Assembly: GCA_965112155.1 (NCBI GenBank)
Contig: OZ218105.1
From: Podarcis liolepis
Taxonomy: Eukaryota
Length of the DNA stretch: 64,000 nt
Strand: one strand, 5' to 3'
The notes below the pieces were generated by a model, which saw nothing but the letters and a program-made list of their open reading frames with translations, made no database searches and was not told where the DNA came from. The translations under genes were made by a program, and so were the position numbers. Below, in pieces: positions 25,501 to 36,553 of this stretch (within the stretch, counting starts at the first letter, position 1; every line of letters starts with the position of its first letter).

Positions 25501-25982
25501 ATTGCAGTATAGCAGGTGCATACTTCAGCTGGTTCTGTATACCATTTAGTTTTGTGATGGGAACCTGTTGCCTTTCTGAAGTTGCTGAACTGTAACTCCC
25601 ATTATACCTGACCATTGCCCATATCTGCTGGGATTGATGTCCAACAAGCAGCTCAACGGCAACAAGTTGTCTATAGACTTCAATGTGTTTATATATTTCC
25701 CCCATGTTCCATCACATCTATAGGATCTGGCTTATACGGGGCGGGGGGCATTGTTTTCCCATTTAATTCCATATTAAGTTACATTTTCCATTTATATTAA
25801 TTGCATTCCTTTTGTTTCTTGATGGTTATTCTTGTTTCTTTTTCTGCATTGATTTCAATGGGAGATCCATCCAATCTTCGGCAGACTGCAACCTTTTGGT
25901 GATCCCCACTTAAATGGCATAGGATTTGCCTTTGTTCATATATACAAACAATATCAGACCTGCACATTTCAGATAGTTTAGA

Positions 25983-26234
25983 CAGGGGTCAGCAAACTTT
26001 TTCAGCAGGGGGCCGGTCCACTGTCCCTCAGACCTTGTGGTGGGCCGGACTATATTTTTTGGGGGAGGGGGAGAATGAATTCCTATGCCCCACAAATAAC
26101 CCAGAGATGCATTTTAAATAAAAGGACTCATTCTACTCATGTAAAAACACGCTGATTCCCGGACCATCCACGGGCCGGATTTAGAAGGCAGTTGGGCCAG
26201 ATCTGGCCCCCGGGCCTTAGTTTGCCTACCCATG
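25983..26234 (+). mobile_element. hAT MITE (caggggtcagcaaac family)
   Basis: Same body as 16744 and 31701 copies. Confidence 0.8.
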
Positions 26235-26270
26235 GCTTAAACTGTGCTAGCAGCTTCTGATGGGGTTGTA

Positions 26271-26493
26271 CAGTGGTACCTCGGGTTAAGTACTTAATTC
26301 ATTCCAGAGGTCCGTTCTTAACCTGAAACTGTTCTTAACCTGAAGCACCACTTTAGCTAATGGGGCCTGCTGCTGCTGCGCCGCCGCTGCACAATTTCTG
26401 TTCTCATCCTAAAGCAAAGTTCTTAGCCTGAAGCACTATTTCTGGGTTAGCGGAGTCTGTAACCTGAAGCGTATGTAATCTGAGGTACCACTG
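26271..26493. mobile_element. Tigger-like MITE, family A
   Basis: TIRs plus TA TSD. Confidence 0.85.
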
Positions 26494-26740
26494 TAATTCA
26501 AAACATCTAAAGCACATCAGGGTGGCCAAGGCTAGATGAGGAACCAGCCAATTTTTAAAAGCGCCCAGTACAGACATAGCATAAGGGTTATCAACATACA
26601 AGGTAGAGCTTTACAGTCTGTCTTACTTGATTTCACACGCGCTCTATGCCCCAGAGAGATGCACATATACATCACATTTCAGGCTATGTAGCCAGTACAA
26701 AGCACCTTGAAAATGAATGGGCAGTGGGGAAGCCCTAGGT

Positions 26741-27155
26741 CAGGCATCCTCAAACTCTGTCCTCCAGATGTTTTGGGATGACAACTCCCATCATCCCTAG
26801 CTAACAAGACCAGTAGTCATAGAATCATAGAGTTGGAAGAGACCACAAGGGCCATCGAGTCCAACCCCCTGCCAAGCAGGAAACACCATCAGAGCACTCC
26901 TGACATATGGTTGTCAAGCCTCTGCTTAAAGACCTCCAAAGAAGGAGACTCCACCACACTCCTTGGCAGCAAATTCCACTGTCGAACAGCTCTTACTGTC
27001 AGGAAGTTCTTCCTAATGTGTAGGTGGAATCTTCTTTCTTGTAGTTTGGATCCATTACTCCGTGTCCGCTTCTCTGGAGCAGCAGAAAACAACCTTGGGG
27101 GATGATGGGAATGATAGTCCAAAAACACCTGGAGGGCCGAGTTTGGGGATGCTTG
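26741..27155. mobile_element. hAT MITE interrupted by a CR1 LINE 3' fragment
   Basis: caggcatcctcaaact...agtttggggatgcttg; TSD-like ccctaggt/ccctaaat; same family as 52730-52865. Confidence 0.7.
26818..27096 (-). mobile_element. CR1 LINE 3' end (5'-truncated)
   Basis: ORF2 C-terminus RTRSNGSKLQERRFHLHIRKNFLTVRAVRQWNLLPRSVVESPSLEVFKQRLD, then 3' UTR and ctatgattctatg tail. Confidence 0.9.
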
Positions 27156-29747
27156 CCCTAAATGGATTTCACACACCCATTTCCACACTTTGCAATTTGT
27201 TTTCTTCCCTTTCCGTTTTCATTATAAAAATGAAGAGAGCTCATTTATTTCACTGTGAAAATCAATGCACATCTCTACAGAGTGTGCCACCGCAAGTTAG
27301 TGACTGCACAAACCCACAGGATTGGGAGGGGAGAGAAATCCTTACACCTAATAAGCCAGATGAGATGAGGGTTTCCAGCAGAGCCAGCCTTTGGCTGGAT
27401 ATTTTTGTACTCTGCATGGAGATACTTCTACCCCATTACCTGCTGTCTGTTTTGACTGAAGCTTGCAAGCAAGAACATTCCCTTAATAGTGCCAGCTACA
27501 TGGCGTAGCGCTCCTGCAGGTGGTCTGCCCCCTCACATTGAGAACTTGCTTCCTTTGAAAACTCATAAACATGTAAGCATTATTCCACCAGTCATTTTGC
27601 AAGGGCTTCATCTGTAAGACTGGCTTCAAGTGGTTTGGTTCTTATATAAAACCAGACATTACCTTAGCATGCATCTTGGAACAATGAAACCTTAGTCATG
27701 CACCTGATGTTCAGCAAGGAGAGTGCTTGTCTAATTTCAGGTGGTGGAGAGTACCACAAGCTTGGGCCCACAACCCTGAGTACATTGATTTATTTTTTAA
27801 TGCCAACTGAATTGATGGCATTAAAAATGTATTAATGAAGTTTATATCATGCCAAACTGACATTCTGAGATAGGAACAGGAGAGGAGCCCTGCTGAATCA
27901 GATCACAGGCCCATCTAGTTCAGCTGCTCCTTTCCCACAATAGCCAGCTAGATGCACCTGGGAAGTCCACCAGGACATGGAAGGCAAGACACCTCTTCTG
28001 ATTTTGCTCTGCAGCATCTTGTATTTAGAGGCATGCTGCATTTGAATATTTGCATACTCTGTTCCTGTAAATGGGCGTGGGGGGGAGGGATGGTGTTGTA
28101 GAATTGAAACATAAAAAGATGTGTGTTTATCTCTACATTTCAGATCTAACATTGTTATCCTTGAAACAAAATATTTTAAAAAAAAATCCTTCCAGTAGCA
28201 CCTTAGAGACCAACTAAGTTTGTTATTTGTATGAGCTTTCGTGTGCATGCACACTTCTTTTTGCTATCCTTCTTTATACATTTGTCCAAAGACACCAGTA
28301 TGAATCCATTGGCCTTTGCAAAAATGTTAAATTGCTGCCTGGTTTCCATAATCCTCATTGCATTTACTATGCATGCTTCACCTGTAGGTCCCTGGGCAGA
28401 GTGCAACAATTAAAAACTAAAACCAGGTGAAACCGATTACAATCACAAGGATAGGGTGGAAAACACACACCTCAGGTATCAGATAACACTTTTCAGGGTC
28501 AAGAGACTCGTACAGCACAATCCTAACCATGTCTACTCCGAAGTACTCAGTGGATCTGACTCTTAGGTAAGTGGGTTAGAATTGTAACCTTAGTAGGACT
28601 CATAACTTAATTTATAACTTGAACTGTAGTAGGCCCTAAAGCCATCTGAAAGTTAGCCTTCTCTCCCTTAAACCTCTTCTTAATGTAAGTTGATGGAGAG
28701 CCAATTGATGTGATGGTGAGAGGAAAATACTTCAGGCATGCATGTTTATTCTTTCTCTTCACCTGTTGCCAGCTTCCAAGGATGGTCTGTGGCTGATTCT
28801 ATGATCTTGTAAAACTTCCACTCTTTCTTTTAACCAGCCCTCTGGCAACCAGGTGACCCCCCCCCCCGGATGTTTTGGATTACAAATCCCATCAGTCCTA
28901 CGCAGCTGTGGTTGATGGGAGCTGTAGTATGAAGAGTGCCAGCTTGGAACAGGCTGTTTAAAACAGAACTGGAGCCACACTGATTACTTTTTCAGTTGCT
29001 GTTTCTCTCGCAGCTATGAGTCATCACAAGTTCCTTGCAGAGGCTCATTTTTGACTGCGTTATCTTATGATTGGGCAGGCTAATCTCCTTATCTGCAAAC
29101 TGAAGCACATCACTGTACTTTTTATGGCTAAGGCAATGGAATATGGATGACCTTGATCACACCTTGCTGCAGTATTTTGGCCACACCACACCCAGGAGGC
29201 TGAGTTCTGTTAGTATAGTGATGCAAATTGCTCTGATGGGAATGACCTCTTCACCAGCAGTTTCAAGTGAGATTCAGCTGCTGTTTTTAAAAAATGAATG
29301 TGAATCCCAGAAGGGAACCTGGTAATTCAGGTCACTACCAATCTCAAAGGAGGGGCAAAAACAAAACAAAAAACCCACATTGCATTTAAATGCAACCCAA
29401 AGGTGGTAGGCAACACCTACAGGTTTTGTACAGAAAAATGGCCTGCCAGCTGCTTTCTGGTCCTTTAGAATTCTTTCCTATCTTCACAATGGTCCTGTGA
29501 GGTGGGCTAGGCTGAGAGAGCGGATAGGCTTAAGCATCTCTGCACTGAGCAGAGATTTGGGACTGGGTCTCCACATCAAAACACAAGGGTTTTGCCTTGA
29601 TTCTGATCACATTATTTGGCAGCAAGTTCCACAGAGCTTTAAGGAACTTTTATTTCTTTTCTTCTTTGGAAAACAGGTATGCTGAGGATTGCAGCCACAG
29701 CTCGGGGTAGGCTTTGGCAATGCAGCTTTGTGCACTTCAAGCTTATT

Positions 29748-30441
29748 TTATTTTATTAAAGATTTCCTTGTTTTAGAGAAGTAAGTATAATGTCTCTCAT
29801 ATTTTTTCCATGTAACATTTTTACAAATCTGTTTCATTTGTTGAGACATTAGGGGGAGAAGGGGGGGAAAGGGGGTGGAGGGGGGGAAGATAGGTGGGGG
29901 TGGGGTCGGGTGGCGATGTTTCTATTATGCTTAATGTATGTAGGGTTTGGTGTCAGCGTTGCTTGTGCTGTTCACTTGTGTTCCTTTGGTGGTGAGAGAG
30001 GTTGGGGTTGTCCTAGGGTGTGGTTGTTTGTTCGTTTGTGATTGGCTGTGGTGGTCTTTGTTTTCGTGTGTGAGTGGGGTGGGTGGGTGTTTTGGATCAG
30101 GTTAGCCATACTGATTTGTATGCTGTTGGTGGATTATTGTCATTGTCTTGTTGGGCTGTGTATGTGATAAAGGGGAGCCATACTGGGGTGAAGGCGGCGT
30201 CTTCTGTTTGTCCCCGTGTCAGTTTCAGTTTATTGGTTAATTTTTCTAGTAGGGGTGTTTCCCATACTATTTGGTACCATTGGTCCATGCTTGCTCCTGA
30301 CAGGTCTCTCCAGTGTCTCCTTATGGTGTTTCTGGCTGCTGAAAGTACATTGCCAACCAAATACACCATATAATAGCATATATACTCAAAGATGAGACAA
30401 AACAATGGGTACACCTAGAGAGGGACACAACTGAAAATATC
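29748..30441 (-). mobile_element. L1-clade LINE 3' end with 17-bp TSD and inverted 5' segment
   Basis: Minus-strand ORF2-like C-terminus AARNTIRRHW..W...LEKL..F.PVWLPF; A-rich tail; TSD tgcacttcaagcttatt at 29731-29747 and 30442-30458. Confidence 0.8.
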
Positions 30442-31700
30442 TGCACTTCAAGCTTATTAACCCTGCTTCGTTCGCTCTGCTTACAACATCATCCAGTCCT
30501 GAATGCTGTTTAAGCAGACAATGGAACTGTTTCTTTAACACATATTGGCAGTGAAGCAGTTAACAATGATGGCAGTAGGTGTAATCCACACCATCCTACT
30601 ATGACAAGACTTTCACTGATTGCATTTGCAGGAGGGCTCCTGTCTTAAACCAATTATGCACTCCCTAAGATGCCATAATGCCTTTTGTCTTGCTACAGTA
30701 GACTCAACACAGCTTCATAAATGGCATTTCTTTCTCCTTTCTGGGATTTCACATCCACATATGCTCTTGGCAATGCCTGCTTGTGCTGCAAAACAGACAT
30801 GCAGTATTTAAGCAAACCCCACCTCCCACCCCCATTTCTCTCTATCTTTCTCTTTTAAATGCTATTGTATTTTATGATTGGTTTAAATCGCTGTCAGCTT
30901 TTCTGGGTGATGCATAGCCAACAGAATGGCAGGATATCAGTTTTCATATGAATAAATACATTAATGACGCAGTCCCAGCATTTATCTTTGGCAACTGATT
31001 TTAATATCTGTGAAGGGTCCCACCATTAAAAGAGGCTCAGCTGGTGCTTAGGGAACAATCATTGAAGCATCAAAGTGGTCTTCAAGGGAAAATCTGACCT
31101 TTGTTGGACTTCCTTACACATTCTTCCCCCTTTTTTGTATTCTCATTACTTACTCCCAACAAAACCAAGGGGCGGACTCCTAATGTAGACTGAAATAATG
31201 CAAGGATGGCTCGCATTAACATCTGACATATGTGCATTTACATCTCGGCATATATTTAAATTTTGTGTCATTTTAGAAAGTAATCTTTTATTTTATGTTT
31301 TAATATTTTTATTTTGAATTACCTATTGGGAGGCACCAAAATCTTTTCAGCGTTTAGGGCCTCTAATGGTCTTCATCCAGCCCTGAATTTAATCAAAAGC
31401 AAAGGATATCAGCATGGGCTGGTTAAAACAGAAAATGCAGAAACAATCTTGTCACTGTGCTGCTGCAGTTTGAAAGGATTATATAGGGAAAGATGAAGAT
31501 TATAATTTCCTAAATGGTAATTTTGCACAATGTTCATTCAAAAGCCTTGGGGTGGTATTCAAGGAATACACACTGAAATTAATGTATTTAAGTTAGTCAA
31601 TATATATTGACTTCAACCAGTCTGTTCTGAGTAAGACTATCTTTGAATTGGTCTGAGTACTCAATTTGCTTAAATGATCACTGTTGGGAAGTGTTTTAAA

Positions 31701-31927
31701 CAGGGGTCAGCAACCTTTTTCAGCTGTGGGCTGGTCCACTGTCCCTCAGACCTTGGAGGGGGGTGGACTATATTTTTTGGGGGGAATGAACAAATTCCTA
31801 TGCCCCAGAGATGCATTTTAAATAAAAGGACACATTCTACTCATGTAAAAACATGCTGATTCTTGGGCCGGATTGAGAAGGCGATTGGGCTGCATCCGGC
31901 CCATGGGCCTTAGGTTCCCCATCCCTA
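31701..31927 (+). mobile_element. hAT MITE (caggggtcagcaaac family)
   Basis: TIRs; flanking duplication gttttaaa. Confidence 0.8.
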
Positions 31928-32639
31928 GTTTTAAACATCTAGGGAGCAAGGCCTGGTTTTGTTTGTTTTTCCTTTTCCCTTTGCAAGCCACTTTGAGGGG
32001 TTTTTTAAAAAACAATCAAGCGCTGTATAAACTTTGGTAAATAAATGCCAGTTGCAGGAAACTGCAGGAGAGAGTGCTCTTAGAATCATAGAACTGCCAA
32101 GTTAGAAGGGATCCCGTGGGTCATCTACTCCAGCCCCCTGCAATAAAGAAATCTGATAGTGCATTTGGAATACTTCTTTTGTCTTTAATCAATCTTGAGT
32201 TACAACACCCTTAAAATGAAGAGTCTCATGCTCTACGGATTGAGCAATCCTGGGTTATTCTTGCTTGAAGGCTTCCCGCAGGCAGACATCTGCCTGGCCA
32301 TCGTGAGAACAGACTGCTGGGCTACTAGGTGGGCTTACCTTAAGTCCTCGTCTTCCTTATAATGACTTACTAATAATTGTATACAGTACTCATCAGGATA
32401 CTGCCAGTACTTATTTACCTATAGATCGTATTCTATTACAGTCCCAAGCACTTTTTCCTTTCTTTTTCTCCTCACCCCTGCGAGAAATCTCCCCCCTCCC
32501 CCATTATGTCGAACATTTCTCGTGTTCCTGACCACATGCCAAAGCCTGGACACAGCCCTGCGCGCTGCAAGAAGGTCCAGCACCCCTTAACGGTGCTTTC
32601 ACAGTCCCTCCATCTTTGACAGCGGCCTTCCTCCTGGCT

Positions 32640-35400
32640 TCCCGCGAGCCGTGTTTACATTCTGCCGACAGGTCCACGTTGCCGAGCCATTCGGCCTTCT
32701 GATTGGCCGCGGCGCGCGGCGCGGCTCCGCCCAGAGGTGGAGCCCGACGTGGCGAGCTGTCTAAGCGCGCGTGTTGCTAATGCCAGGCCGAGAGCCGCGG
32801 CCGGCGCAGGAGCCGTTCTGGTTGCACGGGCTCCCGGGAACGCAGCTGACACGGCTTTGCAGGGTTAACGAGCTGTTAACCGGTATGTAAAAGACGCGCA
32901 ACAACGGGCTGAGAGGACGTTTGGGGAGGGAGGAGGGCTGGTTGCTTCCATAGCTGTCAACTTTCAGATTTGAAAATAAGGGATCGGCAGCCTCACCTGT
33001 CCTGGGGACAGTCTACGGGATATCTAACAATCCAGGATAGCAGCGGGAAACTGCGCTGGAATAAGGGAATTTCCCGCAAAAAAGGGAAGGTTGACAGCTA
33101 TGGTTACTTCCCCCACCTGCCTTGGCGGGGGGCTTCTCCCCTCCCGCCTCGGCTGTCAAAGCCCCATGGGTGCCAACTCTTTGGGACCCTGGGTGCCCGA
33201 GCACCCACCCAATTCCCCATGAAAGGGCCGGGCACCCACACATTTCGGGGCCAGGGCCTTTCATGCGCACTGCATGGCACCCACGGCTCCGGAGAACCAA
33301 CGATCACGGGGTCAAACTCTTGCAAAAGCCCCGTCGCGTCTCCGAGTCGCGGGCACAGCCGGTTGCCATCTACGACCGGCCTCGGAGGCGAGCGAGCATT
33401 TGGCGGGACTGGCGGGGGAAGCGAGACGTCCTCCAAAGGGGACACTCTTACGCAATGTCCCCCCCGGGGGCGGGGGAGAGAAGACGGACGGGGTGCGGGT
33501 ATGGCTGGGCGATGCGCGGGAGCGTGCACCGGGCGTGCCTAAAAAGCTGCCCTGCTGTCATTGCATATAGTATATTTTTGGTGTGTGTGTGTATATATAT
33601 ATTTAGTAGTGTTTCCCTCTCCGAGGGGAAAAAACCGCAACAGGAACGAGCCGGGGGTTCCTAATGTCTGTCCGCGGCTGGGAATCCGCGAGGTTCGTCC
33701 TTTCTGTAGCGCGCGGGGCGCCGGGCGCGCTCCACCTCGGGGTTCCGGGGCGGTCGGGCGGGAGAACTCGCAGCCCGGGAACTGCAGGCGGCGACGAGAG
33801 GGCTGAGCTGGGACCCAGGCCGGCGCATGCGCAGGCGGCGCCCTATATAAGCGCCTTGGCGCCGGCGCCAGCTGAGAACAGTCCAGGTTTGGGCGGCAGC
33901 GGCGGCTGAGGTGCGGTCTTGGGGGGTCTTCTCTATGGGGCGGGGGGGCGGCAATGCTCGGGAAGGAGCTGGATGGCGGGCGAGGGCAGCGAGGGCTGCT
34001 CGCGCCCTGCTGCTTTCGGCCTATATGGGGAGGGGGGCTGGCTTTTTAAAAATTCCCCCCTCCCTGCGTGTGGTGAATGTCCTGGCGAGGAGGGGGCTGA
34101 GGGTGCCGGGGCGCCGCTTAGGGGGCTGCCCCAGAAAAGCGCTGAGGGGGGGGGGAAGGCAGCGGGCGGCAGGGCTCCAGCGCCGGCTGGAGGAGGAAGC
34201 GGAGCCAGAAGGCGGGATGCCCGCCCTCCCAGCTCGCCGGCCGGGCTTTTTTTGGAGGGAGAATGAGGCGGCGGCGAGGAAAGAGAGGGGATCCCCCACC
34301 CATCCGGCCCGGGGGGGCCTCTCGGGGGCCGAGGTGGGGGGTGGCAAGGCGGGAAAGTGAGGTGTCTCCCCTGCAGCACATTGTGGGGGGGAGTTGCTCC
34401 CGGTTTTTCCTAGGGCGCCTCTGCCTTTTTTGGGGTGGGGGCGATGGGGGTCTCCCTATGGGGGACCCTTTGCACCCCCGCCCCACCCCCGGCAAACCTG
34501 TTCCTCTCGTCGGTGTGGTCTGGGAACTGGCTGGGTCGGCCTGCCCTTGCTGGGCGTGTGAGGCTTTTTTGGAGGGAGAGCGACTCCCTCCTCCGGGGCG
34601 GGGGGCGGGGAGCCCGCCTGGTGGCTTCCCGGGCTGACCCGAGAGCACTTGCCTCCGTCTTTCGCCCCCTGACCCTTCGGGGTGTTTTTGCGGGGGGGGG
34701 GTCTCCACAGAGGAAAAGGTGTGTTTCGGGCGGCGGAAGGGATCTTCCCCCTCCCCTGGAAGGCGGGAGAGGCAGGTTGGGGTGCGGGGTCCATTCTGCA
34801 GAAGCCCCCCGCTTTGGCTCTGGACTCGATTTATTGGGGGACGGCGGGAAGAGAGGGGGGCGCATCTTGCCTGGGGAGGGGGCTGTGTTTGTGGGTCTTT
34901 CCCTCTCTTGCTGTCTTGATGCAAGGAGGGGGGGGAGCAATCGGGGTTTCTACTCCTATCCCGTGCACCCCATCTGTAACATTTCCTCTTTTGCAACCCC
35001 AGTATATAAGGGGTCGTCTACTCAGCATATATAAGTGTAGGCGGGAAATGCTTTTCTTAAAAAGAGAGAGAGAGAGAGTGCTCTTGCCCCCCCCCAAAAA
35101 AACTCCCTCCGGTATCCCTCCCCCACTTTTTTTAAAACACTGTGCTCTTTTCTTCATTATTATTTTTTACGTTTCACCCTCTTAGGGCAAGCGGGAGTTT
35201 CACCCGCATGCTGGATGGAGGGTGGTGGCAGAGTCCAGCCTGCTGTTGCCGCCTCCTGCATTTACCCGCTTTCTGTAAATTGGCGCGGGCCGGAGAGCCG
35301 CGTATAGCTGGCTCGGCAGCTTGGGGGTGGGGTGGGGGGCTCCTGAAGCTGCTGCCCCCCCCCCTTCCCGCTTGGCAGGCAGCGGGGAGAACAAATGGCA
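32640..35400 (+). promoter_or_regulatory. CCNE2: CCNE2 CpG island / promoter with non-coding exon 1 (about 33870-33910)
   Basis: NRF1-like GCGCATGCGCA near 33823, TATATAA 33844-33850, E2F-type TTGGCGCC at 33856, further GCGGGAAA/TTTGGCGG sites; donor GAG|gtgcgg after 33910. Confidence 0.75.
32949..33102. mobile_element. 154-bp hAT-type MITE in the CCNE2 promoter
   Basis: TIRs catagctgtcaac/gttgacagctatg; 8-bp TSD gttgcttc/gttacttc. Confidence 0.8.
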
Positions 35401-36539
35401 GAAAGAGGAGGGGGCAGCTCGAGTCTTTGTGGTTTACTTAGTTCACTCAAAACAAAATGTGTGTCTTTGCAACAAGTCATCATAAGTGATAAGATCCTAG
35501 TGAAAGTACTGTAAAGCTTGGCAATCTCCTTGCATGTAGGATTTTGGTGTGTAAACTATATTCATGTACAGTAATAGCTGTTTATAGACATGCAAGTAGT
35601 CTCGGCTCCTGACAATGCTATGTATGGGGTTTGATTCTGAGCGCATGGGGCATACATATTTGCAAAATATGCAAACCAGCGCTGCTTATGATTGATGGGG
35701 GTACAAAACTTGCAAGTCGGCAAATCTTACCTTGGGACTACATGCTCATAGCAGAGTTCTCTGAGGAAGCAAATGGAATGGTGCCTGGAGCAAGGCATGA
35801 AGTGGAACAAAATGGCTACTGGCATTGATGCTGGGAGGCAGCAGATGGAAGCTGGTTGAACCTGAAATTGACCAGTGAGCACATGGATGATGAGAAAGGG
35901 TGACCTTCAGTTTTGTAAAGAACTCTTGCTTTGAGCTGAGATGGAGGCAATTAACACAGACCACCCTTACTAAGAGGGATTGTGGGGTAATGTACTGCCA
36001 GTTCACTTCTCTTAATTCAGGTGTGCAGGGTTTTTCAGGGACTGGAGGAACATGACTAATGTGGGCAGTTTGCCCAGATTTCCTGTTCCAAGCGCAGGAT
36101 TGTCACGAGGTAACAGGTGCCTGCCTCCCTGTGGAACACTTGTAGGCTCCTGGCTGTACATAAAAATGCCTTGCCCACGATGTTGGGCAGTTGCCATTTG
36201 GATGTTCTTGGTCTCTGCTACTTTCTGGAAATATCTTTGGGGTTTAGGCAGCAGGCATGCACACACTGGGAGCTGGACTTAATTTGAGGGGAAGGGCTGT
36301 AGCTCAGTGGTACAGTATCTGCTTTACACATTCAATCCCCAGCGTTTCCGGGTAGTGCTAGGAGACAGCCCTGCCTGAACACCTGGAGAGCCACTGCCAG
36401 TCAGTGTAGACAGTACTGAGCCAGATGGACCAATGGTCTGACTTGATGTAATTCATGAGCTAAACAGCACTTTGTATGTACTTTGGGTTAACCTATAGTC
36501 TTCTCTCATTTGCAGGCAACTATCTGGAATCCTAATAAG

Positions 36540-36553
36540 ATGTCAAGGCGCAG
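36540..36553 (+). CDS. CCNE2: CCNE2 exon 2 coding part (exon starts 36516)
   Basis: ATG TCA AGG CGC AG|gtaaac. Confidence 0.9.

Noticed and set aside
32970-35480. Long ORFs, including 34118-34996 (292 aa)
   Set aside because: CpG island of the CCNE2 promoter and intron 1; compositional ORFs.
36292-36450. tRNA-like sequence (tagctcagtgg), also near 4410 and in Sauria SINE heads
   Set aside because: No complete cloverleaf; continues into a SINE body, so these are tRNA-derived SINEs and not tRNA genes.
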